DNA from: Octopus vulgaris
Lineage: Eukaryota
Length of the DNA: 64,000 nt
Reading direction: 5' to 3'
Assembly (NCBI GenBank): GCA_951406725.2
Contig: OX597822.1
Coordinates: 77,500,001-77,564,000, forward strand
Part shown: positions 1 through 11,179 of the stretch, piece after piece
Position numbering within the stretch: position 1 is the stretch's first letter
Layout of the letters: the number at the start of each line of letters is the position of its first letter
The notes under the pieces: model-generated
Database searches by the model: none
The model's input: only the letters and a program-made list of their open reading frames with translations
What the model was told of the DNA's origin: nothing
Position numbers and translations under genes: made by a program

Positions 1-343
1 ATATACATGAATCTAAATCTACACACATGTACATACACACATGCCACACAAGTATATAATATCATACACATACACACACATGCACACATACACACACACG
101 CACACATATACACACACGTATATATATACACACATACAAGGTCATACACATTCAAACAAATACATGCAAATATACTTATGCACACACACATATAATCATA
201 CATGCACGTAAACAAACATGTACACACACACATACACTTGGCTACATATGTGCATATATATATATACATGCATATATATGTGCATATATATGCATATATA
301 TACATATATATGCATATATACATATATATATATATACATATGC

Positions 344-381
<38 letters not shown>

Positions 382-535
382 AGGCATATTCTTGCTCATT
401 CAAACATGCAAATACACGCACATACATACATGCACAAAGACTCACACAGGTATGCACACATATATGCATGCACATACTCACACACACGTGATATGCACAC
501 ATGCACACACACACACATACATGCACACACGTGCA
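1..535. repeat. Degenerate (CA)/(TA) compound microsatellite
   Basis: Almost pure CA/TA dinucleotide sequence; explains the H/T/Y/I-rich ORFs. Confidence 0.9.
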
Positions 536-845
536 GCCTATCTTAACATATGACATATTTGAGTAGTTCCTGCCATTAAGGAGATTTCAATGTTAAAAAT
601 TCCAAACCTCCCATCTGCCTCCTCCTCCTCTCCCCGTCCACCCATTTTACCTTTTCACTTTGCTTCGAACACTAAATGATGTTGTTGCTGTTGTCAACAT
701 TGTTGTCCTTGATAGTACCAATCTCATTGTTGTCATTACCAGGTTCTTTCTTTCTTTTTTTTTTCTTTCTTTCAGGTTTTTCTTTCTTCTTTGTTGTTAT
801 TTAACTCAGATCAACCGAAATCTAGCATAGGCCTGTGATCTAAAG

Positions 846-1824
846 TAGTGAGCAGTGATTCCCATAGTGGGCAGTATTTGCCCCTGGGTGGAGAGAGGTT
901 CCAAGGAGGCATTGAAGAAAAGTGGGGCAATAATGGGGTAGCAATTTCTGTAAAAAGTGGGGCAATAATGGGGTAGAAATTAATGTAAAAAGTGGGGTAA
1001 TAATGGGGTAGTGATTCATGTAAAAAGTGAGGCAATAATGGGGTAGATATTCATGTAAAAAGTGGGGCAATAATGGGGTAGAGATTCATGTAAAAAGTGA
1101 GGCAATAATGGGGTAGATATTCATGTAAAAAGTGGGGCAATACTGGGGTAGAGATTCATGTAAAAAGTGGGGCAATAATGGGGTAGCAATTTGTGTAAAA
1201 AGTGGGGCAATAATGGGGTAGAGATTCATGTAAAAAGTGGGGCAATATTGGGGTAGAGATTCATGTAAAAAGTGGGGCAATAATGGGGTAGAGATTCATG
1301 TAAAAAGTGAGGCAATAATGGGGTAGATATTCATGTAAAAAGTGGGGCAATACTGGGGTAGAGATTCATGTAAAAAGTGGGGCAATAACGGGGTAGCAAT
1401 TTGTGTAAAAAGTGGGGCAATAATGGGGTAGCAATTTGTATAAAAAGTGGGGCAATAATGGGGTACAGATTCATGTAAAAAGTGGGTCAATAATGGGGTA
1501 GAGATTCATGTAAAAAGTGGGGCAATAATAGGGTAGCAATTTGTGTAAGAAGTGGGGCAATAATGGGGTAGAGAGTCATGTAAAAAGTGGGGTAATAATG
1601 GGGTAGAGAGTCATGTAAAAAGTGGTGCGATAATAGAGTAGCAATTCATGTATAAGCAACAAAATAATGGGTTTATTAGGTTAAGTTTTATTTGTGAAAT
1701 ACAGTTGCTTTGAATTTGCTTCAGAAAGAAGTTTATATTTGTGATCGTTAGTTGGGATGGAGGTGCTAGGAATGTGGCCTGGGTGTCAAGGGGGCAGCCG
1801 CCCGAAAGTGTTTGGGAACCACTG
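846..1824. mobile_element. Non-autonomous hAT (Charlie-like) DNA transposon carrying an internal minisatellite
   Basis: TIRs CAGTGATTCCCA (853-864) and TGGGAACCACTG (1813-1824); 8-bp TSD ATCTAAAG at 838-845 and 1825-1832, fitting the Charlie NTCTARAN target; 7-bp micro-duplication at the left end. Confidence 0.8.
918..1652 (+). repeat. 35-bp minisatellite, about 21 copies, unit AAAAGTGGGGCAATAATGGGGTAGAGATTCATGTA
   Basis: Direct tandem repetition with no unique spacers; variant units recur at 210-bp spacing. Confidence 0.95.
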
Positions 1825-2731
1825 ATCTAAAGCATCCCAGTTATTTCCTTCCCATCTTAATTTCTTGATCCATAAGGTTGCTGAATAAAATTTTTTTTGA
1901 AGCACCTGTGTTGGTACCACATAAAACGCACCTGTGCCAGTGCCAGATTTAAGGAACCTCATCTATGTGAAAAGCACTCAGTAACACTGGAAATCATGCC
2001 ACAACAGGCAATTAAAGCCTGGGGGCAGTTCCCCAGCTAGCCAGCTCCTGTTAATCTGTCCTACACACAATGGTAGTATGGAAAATGGACATTAAATGAT
2101 GATGATGATGATGATGATGATTGTGACCTTTCCAATGTTATTTGAATTAACACAAAAAAATTTTTGTTTTCGTTTTTTTTTTCTAGTTCAGTTCTTCCTC
2201 TGTTTTTCATTTTTTGGGAATCTGAATAAATTTTACCTTTCTCAGATATTTGATGGTGGAATGCCAAACAGAAATGAATTCATCTGATCACCTGATGGCC
2301 CAGTACATTGAGCCAGTGTACATTATCTATCTATATAAGTGTGTGTGCATTTTATTTTTTACCTTTTACTGGTTTTAGTCATGCTGAGGCACCACAGGTT
2401 CCCTTCATTGTTAGGGTGTAACACTTCTTCACACAGCTGTCCTCATCCATATGCAACACATGACCATACCAGTGCAGTCATCTCTTTTGCATGCCACATC
2501 TGATGCCTCTTATGTCCAACTTTTCTCTCAGGGCCCTTACACTCTGTCATGTATGCACACTAACATTACACATCCATCGGAGCATACTAGCTTCATTTTT
2601 TTCAAGCCTACGAATGTCTGCAGCATTCACAGCCCATGTTTCACTGCCATGCAGCAAGGCTGTTCACACACAGGCATCATATATATATATATATGCCATG
2701 TAGCATGGCTGTTTGCACACAGGCATCATAC

Positions 2732-2766
<35 letters not shown>

Positions 2767-2779
2767 AATCCCAAAAAAT

Positions 2780-2960
2780 GAAGAACAAACACAAACAACA
2801 ATGTGAGGGCGTGGTACATGTAAAGTATTAGTAGACACTCAGGGAAGGAAAGAAAGGTGGTTTAACGTTTTGAGCAAAGCTCTTCATCAGAAAGAGGCAA
2901 GTCCAATAGAAAAGGTAGATGGAGGGAAAAAAATTGCCAACGATTCACATGTGATTACAT
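2780..2960 (-). mobile_element. Penelope-like pLTR fragment with hammerhead-like core (2861-2893)
   Basis: Minus strand reads TTT-CTGATGA-A-GAGC-ttt-GCTC-AAAAC-GTT-AAA; homologous copy at 62310-62500. Confidence 0.6.
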
Positions 2961-2964
2961 ATAT

Positions 2965-3228
2965 GAAAAACAACATTTGAGCGTGGTTGTTGCCAGTGCC
3001 GCTGGATTGGCTTTCATGCAGGTAGCACGTAAAAAACACCTTTTGAGCATAGTCATTGCCAGAACCGCCTGATTGGCCCTCTTCTCAGAGTGGTTGGCGT
3101 TAGGAAGGGCATCCAGCTGTAGAAAGTTTGCCAGATCAGATTGAGCCTGGTGCAGCCTTCTAGCTCACCAGTTCTCAGTTAAACCGTCCAACCCATGCCA
3201 GCATGGAAAGTAGACGTTAAATAATGAC
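2965..3228 (+). mobile_element. Dispersed SINE/LINE-tail repeat (family D, ...GGTTGGCGTTAGGAAGGGCATCCAGCTGTAGAAA...GGACGTTAAA(TGA)n)
   Basis: Same sequence recurs at about 27710-27980, 32505-32680, 38165-38500, 38620-38875, 40080-40250, 48880-49296 and 62510-62652. Confidence 0.8.
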
Positions 3229-3279
3229 ATATTTTGGTTTACCTTGTAGAAAAACATAGATTGGAGTGTTTGATAAAAC

Positions 3280-3670
3280 CAGATGTAGTAACACCCATCA
3301 AACACCTGGAAGCAAAGCTTGATGGGACTTCTATAGGTATATTATGAACCATTCAGAATAACTTAGGGAAAATGTATCTGAAGAAACAAAGACTTCACGG
3401 CAGTTAGCGGTCTTCTCAAAATTAGTGATACCATTAGAGGGTGTGAGAGAGAGAAAGGCACAATATTTGCAAGACATTGGTAGCAAAGTAAGCAAGAATA
3501 CCTTTGTGATCCACTTTTATGGATACCTTTACATAAATATCACATATATAAATTGTCCAGGAGAATTTTTTATTCACCAGCTCTGTAGAAACACAAGATG
3601 TGGTTCTACAGGTTTATTATATGTTTTGCAGAATCATGATGGATGCTGCAGTTTGACTCGAGCAAATCCA
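3280..3670 (+). pseudogene. Decayed RTE-type LINE, post-RT C-terminal region
   Basis: Broken frames read LEAKLDGT...KISDTIR...QEYLCDPLLWIP...FIHQLCRNT, resembling the RTE LDG.YTRML...PKISETIR...LLW.P...YIDQL..DT region. Confidence 0.6.
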
Positions 3671-3703
3671 AGCCATCTTCTCCAGAGGAGACATTGAATT
3701 GTT

Positions 3704-3782
3704 TTAGCTACATTTCATCTTGAATATTTCAAAGCAGTACACAGGTATATTACTGATAACCCCATGAAACACAGGCCAAAAA
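3704..3782 (-). CDS. Candidate terminal coding exon of an unidentified gene (FWPVFHGVISNIPVYCFEIFKMKCS*)
   Basis: Pyrimidine-rich acceptor tttgctctttAG at 3784-3783; open frame to TAA at 3706-3704; phase 2 matches the candidate exon 6684-6760. No homology recognised. Confidence 0.3.
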
Positions 3783-5029
3783 CTAAAGAGCAAAAAAACC
3801 CCCAAAAAACAAAAAGAAAATATTACAGATTTACAGGTGTTTATTAAATTCATGGATTTGTATGTTTTGCAATCCAGAAGCAAACATTTGCACATTGTAA
3901 TCATTCTTGCATTGCAATTTCAAGATACCACATGGTATGCAAATATGTGTCGCTGTGAAATACTTGACGAAATTGCTTCTAAAGTTTTTGTGTTTACATA
4001 AAGTACAGAGATTGGTGTACATAACATATTTATATTGTGGTGGCGGTAATGGTGTTGGTGGTGGTGATGTTTTATTCATTTCAATATGTTTGCCAGTAAA
4101 CTTTACATATTAATCACATTTTATCTTTTCAAGATTCAAACTAAAATATACATTTAAAACACCCACGAAATACATTGCAAAATGATCTCGGAAAAAACAG
4201 AAATATTCACAAGCCCTGCGGGAAAATTTATTTATTATCATAAATATTTTTGTGGTCGAATCTCTTTGCTGCATATATAAATTTTTCCTTCGTATTCCTT
4301 AATATTCAAAGTAGAATGTAAATTTATGACGTCATCAAATACGCACTTCAAATTACATGCAAAAATTATCTGGTTCACATGCTCAAAAGGAACAGATACA
4401 TGTTTATGGTTTTGCATATGCAGTAGAAACATTTGCACATCATAAGATTATCACTGCAAATTTGAAAACCGTGTTAAATGTTAAACCAACAAAGAGGCCT
4501 CTAAATGGTCACTGGGCATACTAGAAATAACAACCTACTGCTTTATAAAAAGGAAGGCACATTGAACAAAAGCGATTTGATGGTCGCGGTTAAAATTCTT
4601 TTGATTAATGATGTGTGACTGAACAATACAACACTGCATTATTGAGATTTAACAGCATGGCATTTAATGACTCTTTCTCCTCTGAACTAATGACTGTTTC
4701 TGATTTTGGTGCAGAGCCAGCAGTTTTGAGGGGATGGGGAAATCGATTACATTAACCTCCAATATTCAACTGGTACTTTGATTTATCAACCTTGAAAGGA
4801 AGAACAACAAATCTGACTTTAGTGGAATTTGAACTCTGCACATAAAGAGCCAGAAGAAATACTGCTAAGCCTTTTTTGGCAGGGGTGGAACATGCTAAGA
4901 ATGTGAAGGCATTAAGCTTCATGGTTACGTCATTGCACTCACGATCGCCAGATTGTAGGTTCAATTCCCAGATTGGGTTGCATGTTGTGTTCTTGAGCAA
5001 AACACGTCATTTCACATTTATGTAGCGCT

Positions 5030-5980
5030 GTGTGGGGACCACCATACCAAAGAATAGACCCAACGCTTCTTCTGCATGTTGTAAAAAGTGACTAAAATCG
5101 GTAGCGGTAGGATTTGCACTCTGATTTCGTAAAATCCTCACCAGCAACAACTACCCAAACAGACCCATAGATGGAAGGGTTGTTGCCCGAGTGGCACAAA
5201 ATTCATCTACCGAGAGTAAGGAATCACCAACAAATGGTGGATGCCATGACATAGGGTTACAGTGCATGATCCCATACTTCTACTAACAATGTTGCTTGTG
5301 TTGCATCACACCAGACTAGCCCCTAACTGATTCACACATGCACACACACCCTTCTCTTTATGTCATTTCATGCTGTATCTCACCCACCTCCATATAAAAC
5401 TGTTATGATGTGGTGTTTTCACACATTTATAATGTGTGGCCACTATTGTGACTGTAGCTGTTGTATCTACTCTAGTATCCACGATATTTTCTTGGTACAG
5501 AATGGTAACACACTGCTTTGTCTATCATGCTATCCCTGATAGCTCTGCAAGACACTGACTTTGAACCATCTACCTTGACTGTGACTCGAACTCAACTATA
5601 ACACATAACTGATATTTAGCTCCAACTGAGAACTCATATAACAACTCTACAACAACTGACACATGACTCTCTGTACTGGTTGATGTTATCTCACTTTGTA
5701 GTGGCTGGATCATACCATTTGTCCCATGGGAGGGATGTACCATTTCCACTACAACAAAAACCCTTGCACTAAATGCACAACCCAAACTCTGTTTTTAGCA
5801 AGTCTGCAACCACCTGAAATTCATTTCTTTGTTTCAAGCATCAACCTGCAAAAGCTTGACCCAGAGATGGAGCTTCAGGTGGTGCTTCAACTGTTAAAAA
5901 CAGTAGCTAAATCTTCCTCCAGTTACACCCCATTATTAAAAAAGAAACAAAAAACAACAGAAGGACAATTTATATAATGT
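5030..5980 (+). mobile_element. Decayed 5' part of an RTE-type LINE (5' UTR plus APE endonuclease remnant)
   Basis: Remnant APE-like motifs (YLAPTE...YNN...YHFH); the 5' region is repeated in inverted orientation at about 16790-17000. Confidence 0.5.
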
Positions 5981-6072
5981 AGTCCTAGACATACTGTTCT
6001 GCATTTAAGAGATGAGGAATTATGTACATTATTTACATTTGACAGATATTTGTCCTCATCTTGTTTGTTGTT

Positions 6073-6118
6073 AACACAATGTTTCGGCTGATATACCCTC
6101 CAGCCTTCATCAGGTGTC
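6073..6118 (-). ncRNA. Minimal type I hammerhead ribozyme motif (PLE type)
   Basis: GACAC-CTGATGA-A-GGCTG-gagggtatat-CAGCC-GAAAC-ATT-GTGTT; stems I and II pair; G>A change in stem III is consistent with CpG decay. Confidence 0.7.
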
Positions 6119-6426
6119 TTGGGGAATTTCAAACCTGGGTTCTCATTCCTAAGGTATTTTACGTTGTTGTTGTTGTTGTTGGCGTCGGTGGCAGCGTCGT
6201 CGTCATTCAGGTCACTGCCTGGAATCGAACTCGGAATCTTGGGGTTAGTAGCCCACACTCTTAACCACTACACCACAGGCATAGGGTATAGTGGTTAAGA
6301 GTGTGGGCTACTAACCCCAAGATTCCAAGTTTGATTCCAGGCAGTGACCTGAATAATAATAATAATAATAATAATAACATTGAAAAATACCTTAGAAATG
6401 TGAACCCAGGTTCGAAATTTCCCCAA

Positions 6427-6470
6427 GACACTTGATGAAGGCTGGAGGGTATATCAGCTGAAACGTTGTT
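6427..6470 (+). ncRNA. Minimal hammerhead ribozyme motif, mutated copy
   Basis: GACAC-TTGATGA-A-GGCTG...CAGCT-GAAAC-GTT-GTT; C3>T and a 2-nt deletion in stem I. Confidence 0.55.
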
Positions 6471-6683
6471 AACAACAAACAAGATGAGGACAAATATCTG
6501 TCAAATGTAAATAATGTAAATAATCTAGACATACTGTGTCTAAATAGAATGGCTGATCAAAGTTGAAATGTTTTAGATAATAGGACTGTTGTATCATGGC
6601 TAGTCTGAAGCCAAACAATTGTCTGCAAAATCTCAAGCTGTACTTGACCACTACAAAACTCACCGATCTGCTGGGCGTCTTAC

Positions 6684-6760
6684 CAGGCTTCAATGCAAAA
6701 CAGAAATATGGAAAACATTCTTGCTTTATATTTTTCTTGATTTTTCTTTACTTGCTGGGC
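6684..6760 (-). CDS. Candidate internal coding exon (AQQVKKNQEKYKARMFSIFLFCIEA-)
   Basis: Acceptor cctttcctctAG (6762-6761), donor GTAAGA (6683-6678); only frame 0 is open; ends in phase 2, compatible with 3704-3782. Confidence 0.35.
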
Positions 6761-6813
6761 CTAGAGGAAAGGTCAGTGCCCATGGCTTTTGCAAGCCCAC
6801 CTAAGCAAGCGAG

Positions 6814-7201
6814 ACTCTTTTACTTGTTTCAGTCAAGTGACTGTGACCATGCTTAGAGCGCCGCCTTTAGTCAAGCAAATCAACTGCAGGACTTATTCTT
6901 TGTAAGCCTAGTACTTATTCTATCGGTCTCTTTTGCCAAACTGCTAAGTTACAGGGGCATAAACACACCAGCATCATTTGTCAAGCAATGTTTGGGGGAC
7001 AAACACAGACACACAAACATATACACACACACATATACAATGAGCTTCTTTCAGTTTCCAATTACCAAATCCACTCACAAGGCTTTGGTCGGCCCGAGGC
7101 TATAGTAGAAGATACTTGCCCAAGGTGCCACGCAGTGGGATTGAACCCAGAACCATGTGGTTCATAAGCAAGCTACTTACCACATAGCCACTCCTACGCC
7201 T
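6814..7201 (-). mobile_element. tRNA-derived SINE family A (CORE-like CCTTGGGCAAGTG, internal TA/CA microsatellite)
   Basis: Full-length copy; more than 15 homologous copies in the window. Confidence 0.9.
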
Positions 7202-8654
7202 CTGATGACTTTTTTTTTACTTTTGTAATGGAAGACAAGCACTTAGTTACCCCCACATACACGCTTCTCCTTTCTCTGCCACCAATGTTCTCCAAGGTAA
7301 ATGTAAGGTGTGTGTGTGGATGTATGTTATTGTTTCCTTGTCTTGACATAGCACGATAGCTGTAAATGAGTGTCACTGTTATACAAGCAGCGGCATCCAT
7401 TTCCAATATTCTGCAAGAACATATCAATGAGCAGGTAATTCAGCTGTTCAAACAGCTGATTCCTCATTATTGAAACAGAGAGATCCATCCATCACATACA
7501 TACGTGTGTGTGTGTGTGTGTATGTGTGTCTATTATATGTGCGTGTAAGTGTATTATATGCATATGAGTATGTATTGTGTGTGTATTTTGTGTGCATGTG
7601 TGGTGGTTGGTGATATACTTTTCAGCTAATTCTTCCAAACCTGCCATTATGGAAATATGGCCATTAAAATGATAATGATAATATCATTGCAGTTTAGTTC
7701 CAAATCAACCCTCGTCGAGAAAGCCTAATATTAAAACCATTCCAGCCACGCCCATCCTACCTCTTTGTATATCAGTTCAATGTATCTTTTTTTTGGTTTA
7801 TTATTAAACTTGTAGAATATCATTCAAAGGAGATTTGGCTGCTATTTCTCGCAAGCAACGACCCAAATTGAAACTGACTATGATGATGCTAGTGGAGGTG
7901 GCGGTGGTGGTGGTGGCGGCTATAGTGGCTATGATGGTGTTGTTGGTGGTGGAGGTGGTGGCGGCGATGGTAATATATTTATATATTTATTGAAAAAGAA
8001 GAAAAAGAAGACATTAAAGTGAAACAACAGACCATAAATTGCACATAAATATCGGAAAATATTAGATTAGGTAGAGACAATCTGAAAGTCAATGTTCTAA
8101 GTCTAAATTCTCTCTTTTAGAACATTCTGGAAACAAACAAACAAACAAAAGAATAAACATAAGATATTAAGGACCCAAACAACACACAGACTAATCATAC
8201 ACACACATAATATACATACACACACACACACAAACATACAGAATTTGCATACATACACATTATGATCACTTATGTAATACACACACACACACACACAAAC
8301 GCTATGCATACATGAACACATAAACACACACACACACGCATAAGCATACACATGATAAACATACATGTATAGTACACACATACAGATGCACACATAAATA
8401 CACATTCACACACACACAAACTCTCGCATACACAGAAACACACCCATGCGTATGCACTAACACAAACACACACACATATGCTCACTGACACACACACACA
8501 CACACACACGCAAACAAACACGTGCACACATATACACATAGGTATTTTCATTCTGTAATGTGCTGCACATCAGTTCCAGTCGCATATCAGGTTTTCTAGT
8601 GCCTAGCTCATTCCGTCTCCATATTTGGAGAAAGAGCCCTAATACACAGCCCAT

Positions 8655-9022
8655 CAGCACCACTACTACCACCATTACCATCACCGTCACTACCACCACC
8701 TCCACCACCATTACCACTACAACCATCACCACCACCACCATCACCACCACCTACATCACCACTGTCATGACAATCATCGCTACCACCGTCATCACCACCA
8801 CCTTCACCACCACTACTACCACCATCACCACCATTGTGAATACCGACTACCACTATCACCACCACCACGATCACCACCTCTACCATCACCACCGCCACCA
8901 CCATCACAACTGCCACCTCCACCACCACCTCCGCCACCTCCACCACCACAACCACCACCACCACCTTCACCACCACCATCACCATATTCACCACCTCCAC
9001 AGTCACCACTGCCACCACACAA
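8655..9022. repeat. (CAC/CAT)n degenerate trinucleotide tract
   Basis: Directly visible; source of the poly-T/H/V/G ORFs. Confidence 0.9.
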
Positions 9023-9159
9023 CTAGCCTTCTCACAGCACCTTTTCTAAATGCTCCCCATCTATAAAAAGGGACAGAGAGCCAGAAAGACAAAGAAAGAA
9101 GACTAACAACTACAAGAATTGACCTCAGTAGTTATCTGGTACTTTATTTATCAACCCCT

Positions 9160-9890
9160 GTGACGGCACAGGGCACAGTGGTTAGGGTATTCAGCTCACG
9201 ATCTTAAGGTCATGTGTTCAGTTCCTGGCAGCACGTTGTGGTCTTAAGCGAAACACTTTATTTCACGTTTGCCCCAGTGTAATCAACTGTCAAAAATGAG
9301 TCGTACCTGTATTTCAAAGGGGCCAGCCTTGTCACATTCTGTGTCATGCTGAATCTCCCTGAGAACCTGTTTTAACCCTTTAGGGTTCAGATTGTAGTAC
9401 TGTCAATTGTAAAGCTTTTTCACTCTAATTGTTTTGAATTAATCCTGCATTATCTCCTAGCTTTGAGGTTTCAATGACATGATTGTTTATTTTTAGAATG
9501 TCAATGTAGGTTAGGCGCAAAAGGCTGGATATGGCCAGTTCAAACTGGTCATATCTATATAAAATATGAAGAACATTTGGGTCAGGTATGGCTGGTTAAT
9601 GTAGGTTAGGTGTGAGAGGCTGGATATGGCCAGTTTGGTTATAAAATATGAAGAACATTTGGATCAGGTATGGCTGGTTAATGTAGGTTAGGTGTGAGAG
9701 GCTGGATATGGCCAGGCTGGATGTAAAAGATGAAGAATATTTAGGCTGGATATGGTCAGTTTAAACACAAAAGTGTTAATGGTACACATGTCTGTGGAGT
9801 GCTCAGCCACTTGCACATTAATTTCATGAGCAAGCTGTTCCGTTGATTGAATCATGTGGAACCCTCATCATCGTAACTAACGGAGTGCCA
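9160..9890 (+). mobile_element. tRNA-derived SINE family B interrupted by a TTAA MITE
   Basis: Head AGTGGTTAGG...CTCACGATC...GTTCAGTTCC and body GGAGTGCTCAGCCACTTGCAC shared with uninterrupted copies at 32831-33540 and 53480-53832. Confidence 0.85.
9372..9779 (+). mobile_element. piggyBac-type (TTAA) MITE with internal subrepeats
   Basis: Starts TTAACCCTTT, ends AAAGTGTTAA, sits in the TTAA of SINE B; homologues at 51354-51752 and (inverted) 41477-41676. Confidence 0.75.
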
Positions 9891-10025
9891 TTACCAACCT
9901 CTGAAGTTTCTGCAGCTGAGAATTCTTAGAATGTAATTGGTTGCCTGACAATTTTTCTTCAGTCATCTCCAAACTTCTGCTACTCTTATCAATTGTTATG
10001 TCTTCAATTCTGCCATCTCCATAAT

Positions 10026-10458
10026 TCTTTTATTTGTTTCAGTCATTTGACTGTGGCCATGCTGGGGCACTGCCTTTAGTCAGGCAAATCAACTCCGGGG
10101 CTTATTGTTTGTAAGCTTTGTACTTATTCTATTGGTCTCTTTTGCTGAACTGCTAAGTTACGTGGACGTAAACACACCAGCATCAGTTGTTAAGCGATGT
10201 TGGGGTGACAGATACAGATGCACAAGCATACACACACAGACACACACACGCACACACACACACAGACAGACAGACACACACATACATATTTATACGATGG
10301 GCTTCTTTCAATTTCTGTCTACCAAATCCACTCACAAGGCTTTAGTTGGCCTGAGGCTATAGTAGAAGACACTTGTCCAAGGTGCCATGCAGTGGGCCTG
10401 AACCCGGAACCATGTGGTTTGTAAGCAAGCTACTTACCACACAGCCACTCCTATGCCT
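10026..10458 (-). mobile_element. SINE family A, full length, with 5-bp TSD ATAAT
   Basis: TSD at 10021-10025 and 10459-10463; the empty site is visible in the paralogous segment near 51995. Confidence 0.92.
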
Positions 10459-10629
10459 ATAATGTTTACCAATCAATAAACTATCTTGTCATTTTGGTTA
10501 TTATCGTAATTACAGCTTTGAATATCGATGTTTATACATTATATCTTTTACTTTGTCCAGGCTTGGTTGTAGGCTTTCCTGATAAGGATCGACCTGGGGA
10601 TAAATGACAACATCTATCAATGTTATTAT

Positions 10630-10826
10630 CAGCGAGCTTAGCACTATTTTACCTGTTGCTACATTCTGAGTTCAAATTCCGCTGAGGTCAACTTTGACTT
10701 TCATCCTTTCGGGGTCGATAAATTAAGTACCAGTTACACACTGGGGTTGATGTAATCGACTTAATCCCTTTGTCTGTCCTTGTTTGTCCCCTCTATGTTT
10801 AGCCCCTTGTGGGCAATAAAGAAATA
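10630..10826 (+). mobile_element. tRNA-derived SINE family C (Meta-like domain GCCTTTCATCCTTTCGGGGTCGATAAATTAAGTACCAG)
   Basis: B box GAGTTCAAATTCC; copies at about 18070-18205, 27320-27532, 41890-42450, 46550-46725, 47870-48475 and 52450-52590. Confidence 0.8.
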
Positions 10827-11179
10827 GACTTAAGGCAAAAGTACTTAGATGGATTTGTTTGAGTAAACCCTACAAAATGGTACCCCAGAATGGCTGCTGT
10901 CCAATGACTGAAACATGTAAGAGATTAAAATAAATTTATAAAAGAACATTTTGTTAAGTGATATTCCACATATTAGATTAACACACAAAAATTTAATTAC
11001 TTTGTTAAATCCTTTCAAATTCTTGATTATTTTCAAAACTAATTATTTTTAGAATTAATTGAAACATCTAGACAGTGTATATTAAGCAAAGATCTAGTCA
11101 CGAACGGGTTAAAGGGGCAGGAGTGATTTAACTGGCGAGAATATATTTATCCAAGTAGACTTGTCCGTCTAAGTTAGAA

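Larger units (their letters stand above)
5998..6524. mobile_element. Head-to-head inverted dimer of a tRNA-headed, hammerhead-bearing Penelope-like non-autonomous element
   Basis: Arms 5998-6275 (-) and 6277-6524 (+); 13-bp TSD CTAGACATACTGT at 5985-5997 and 6525-6537; A box TGGYRTAGTGG and B box GAGTTCGATTCC in the heads. Confidence 0.85.

Noticed and set aside
811-1490. Repetitive ORFs MPHFLHESLP...
   Set aside because: Translations of the 35-bp minisatellite; the unit length is not a multiple of 3.
918-1652. CRISPR array (35-bp periodic repeats)
   Set aside because: Units are contiguous with no unique spacers, there are no cas genes, and the context is eukaryotic; it is a minisatellite in a hAT element.
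6277-6350. Functional tRNA gene (anticodon ACT)
   Set aside because: The acceptor stem does not pair, there is no poly-T terminator, and it is embedded in a repeated element; it is a SINE-type head.
6664-6683. Alternative donor GTGAGT extending the candidate exon to 6664
   Set aside because: It would include an in-frame TAA, so it cannot be an internal coding exon boundary.
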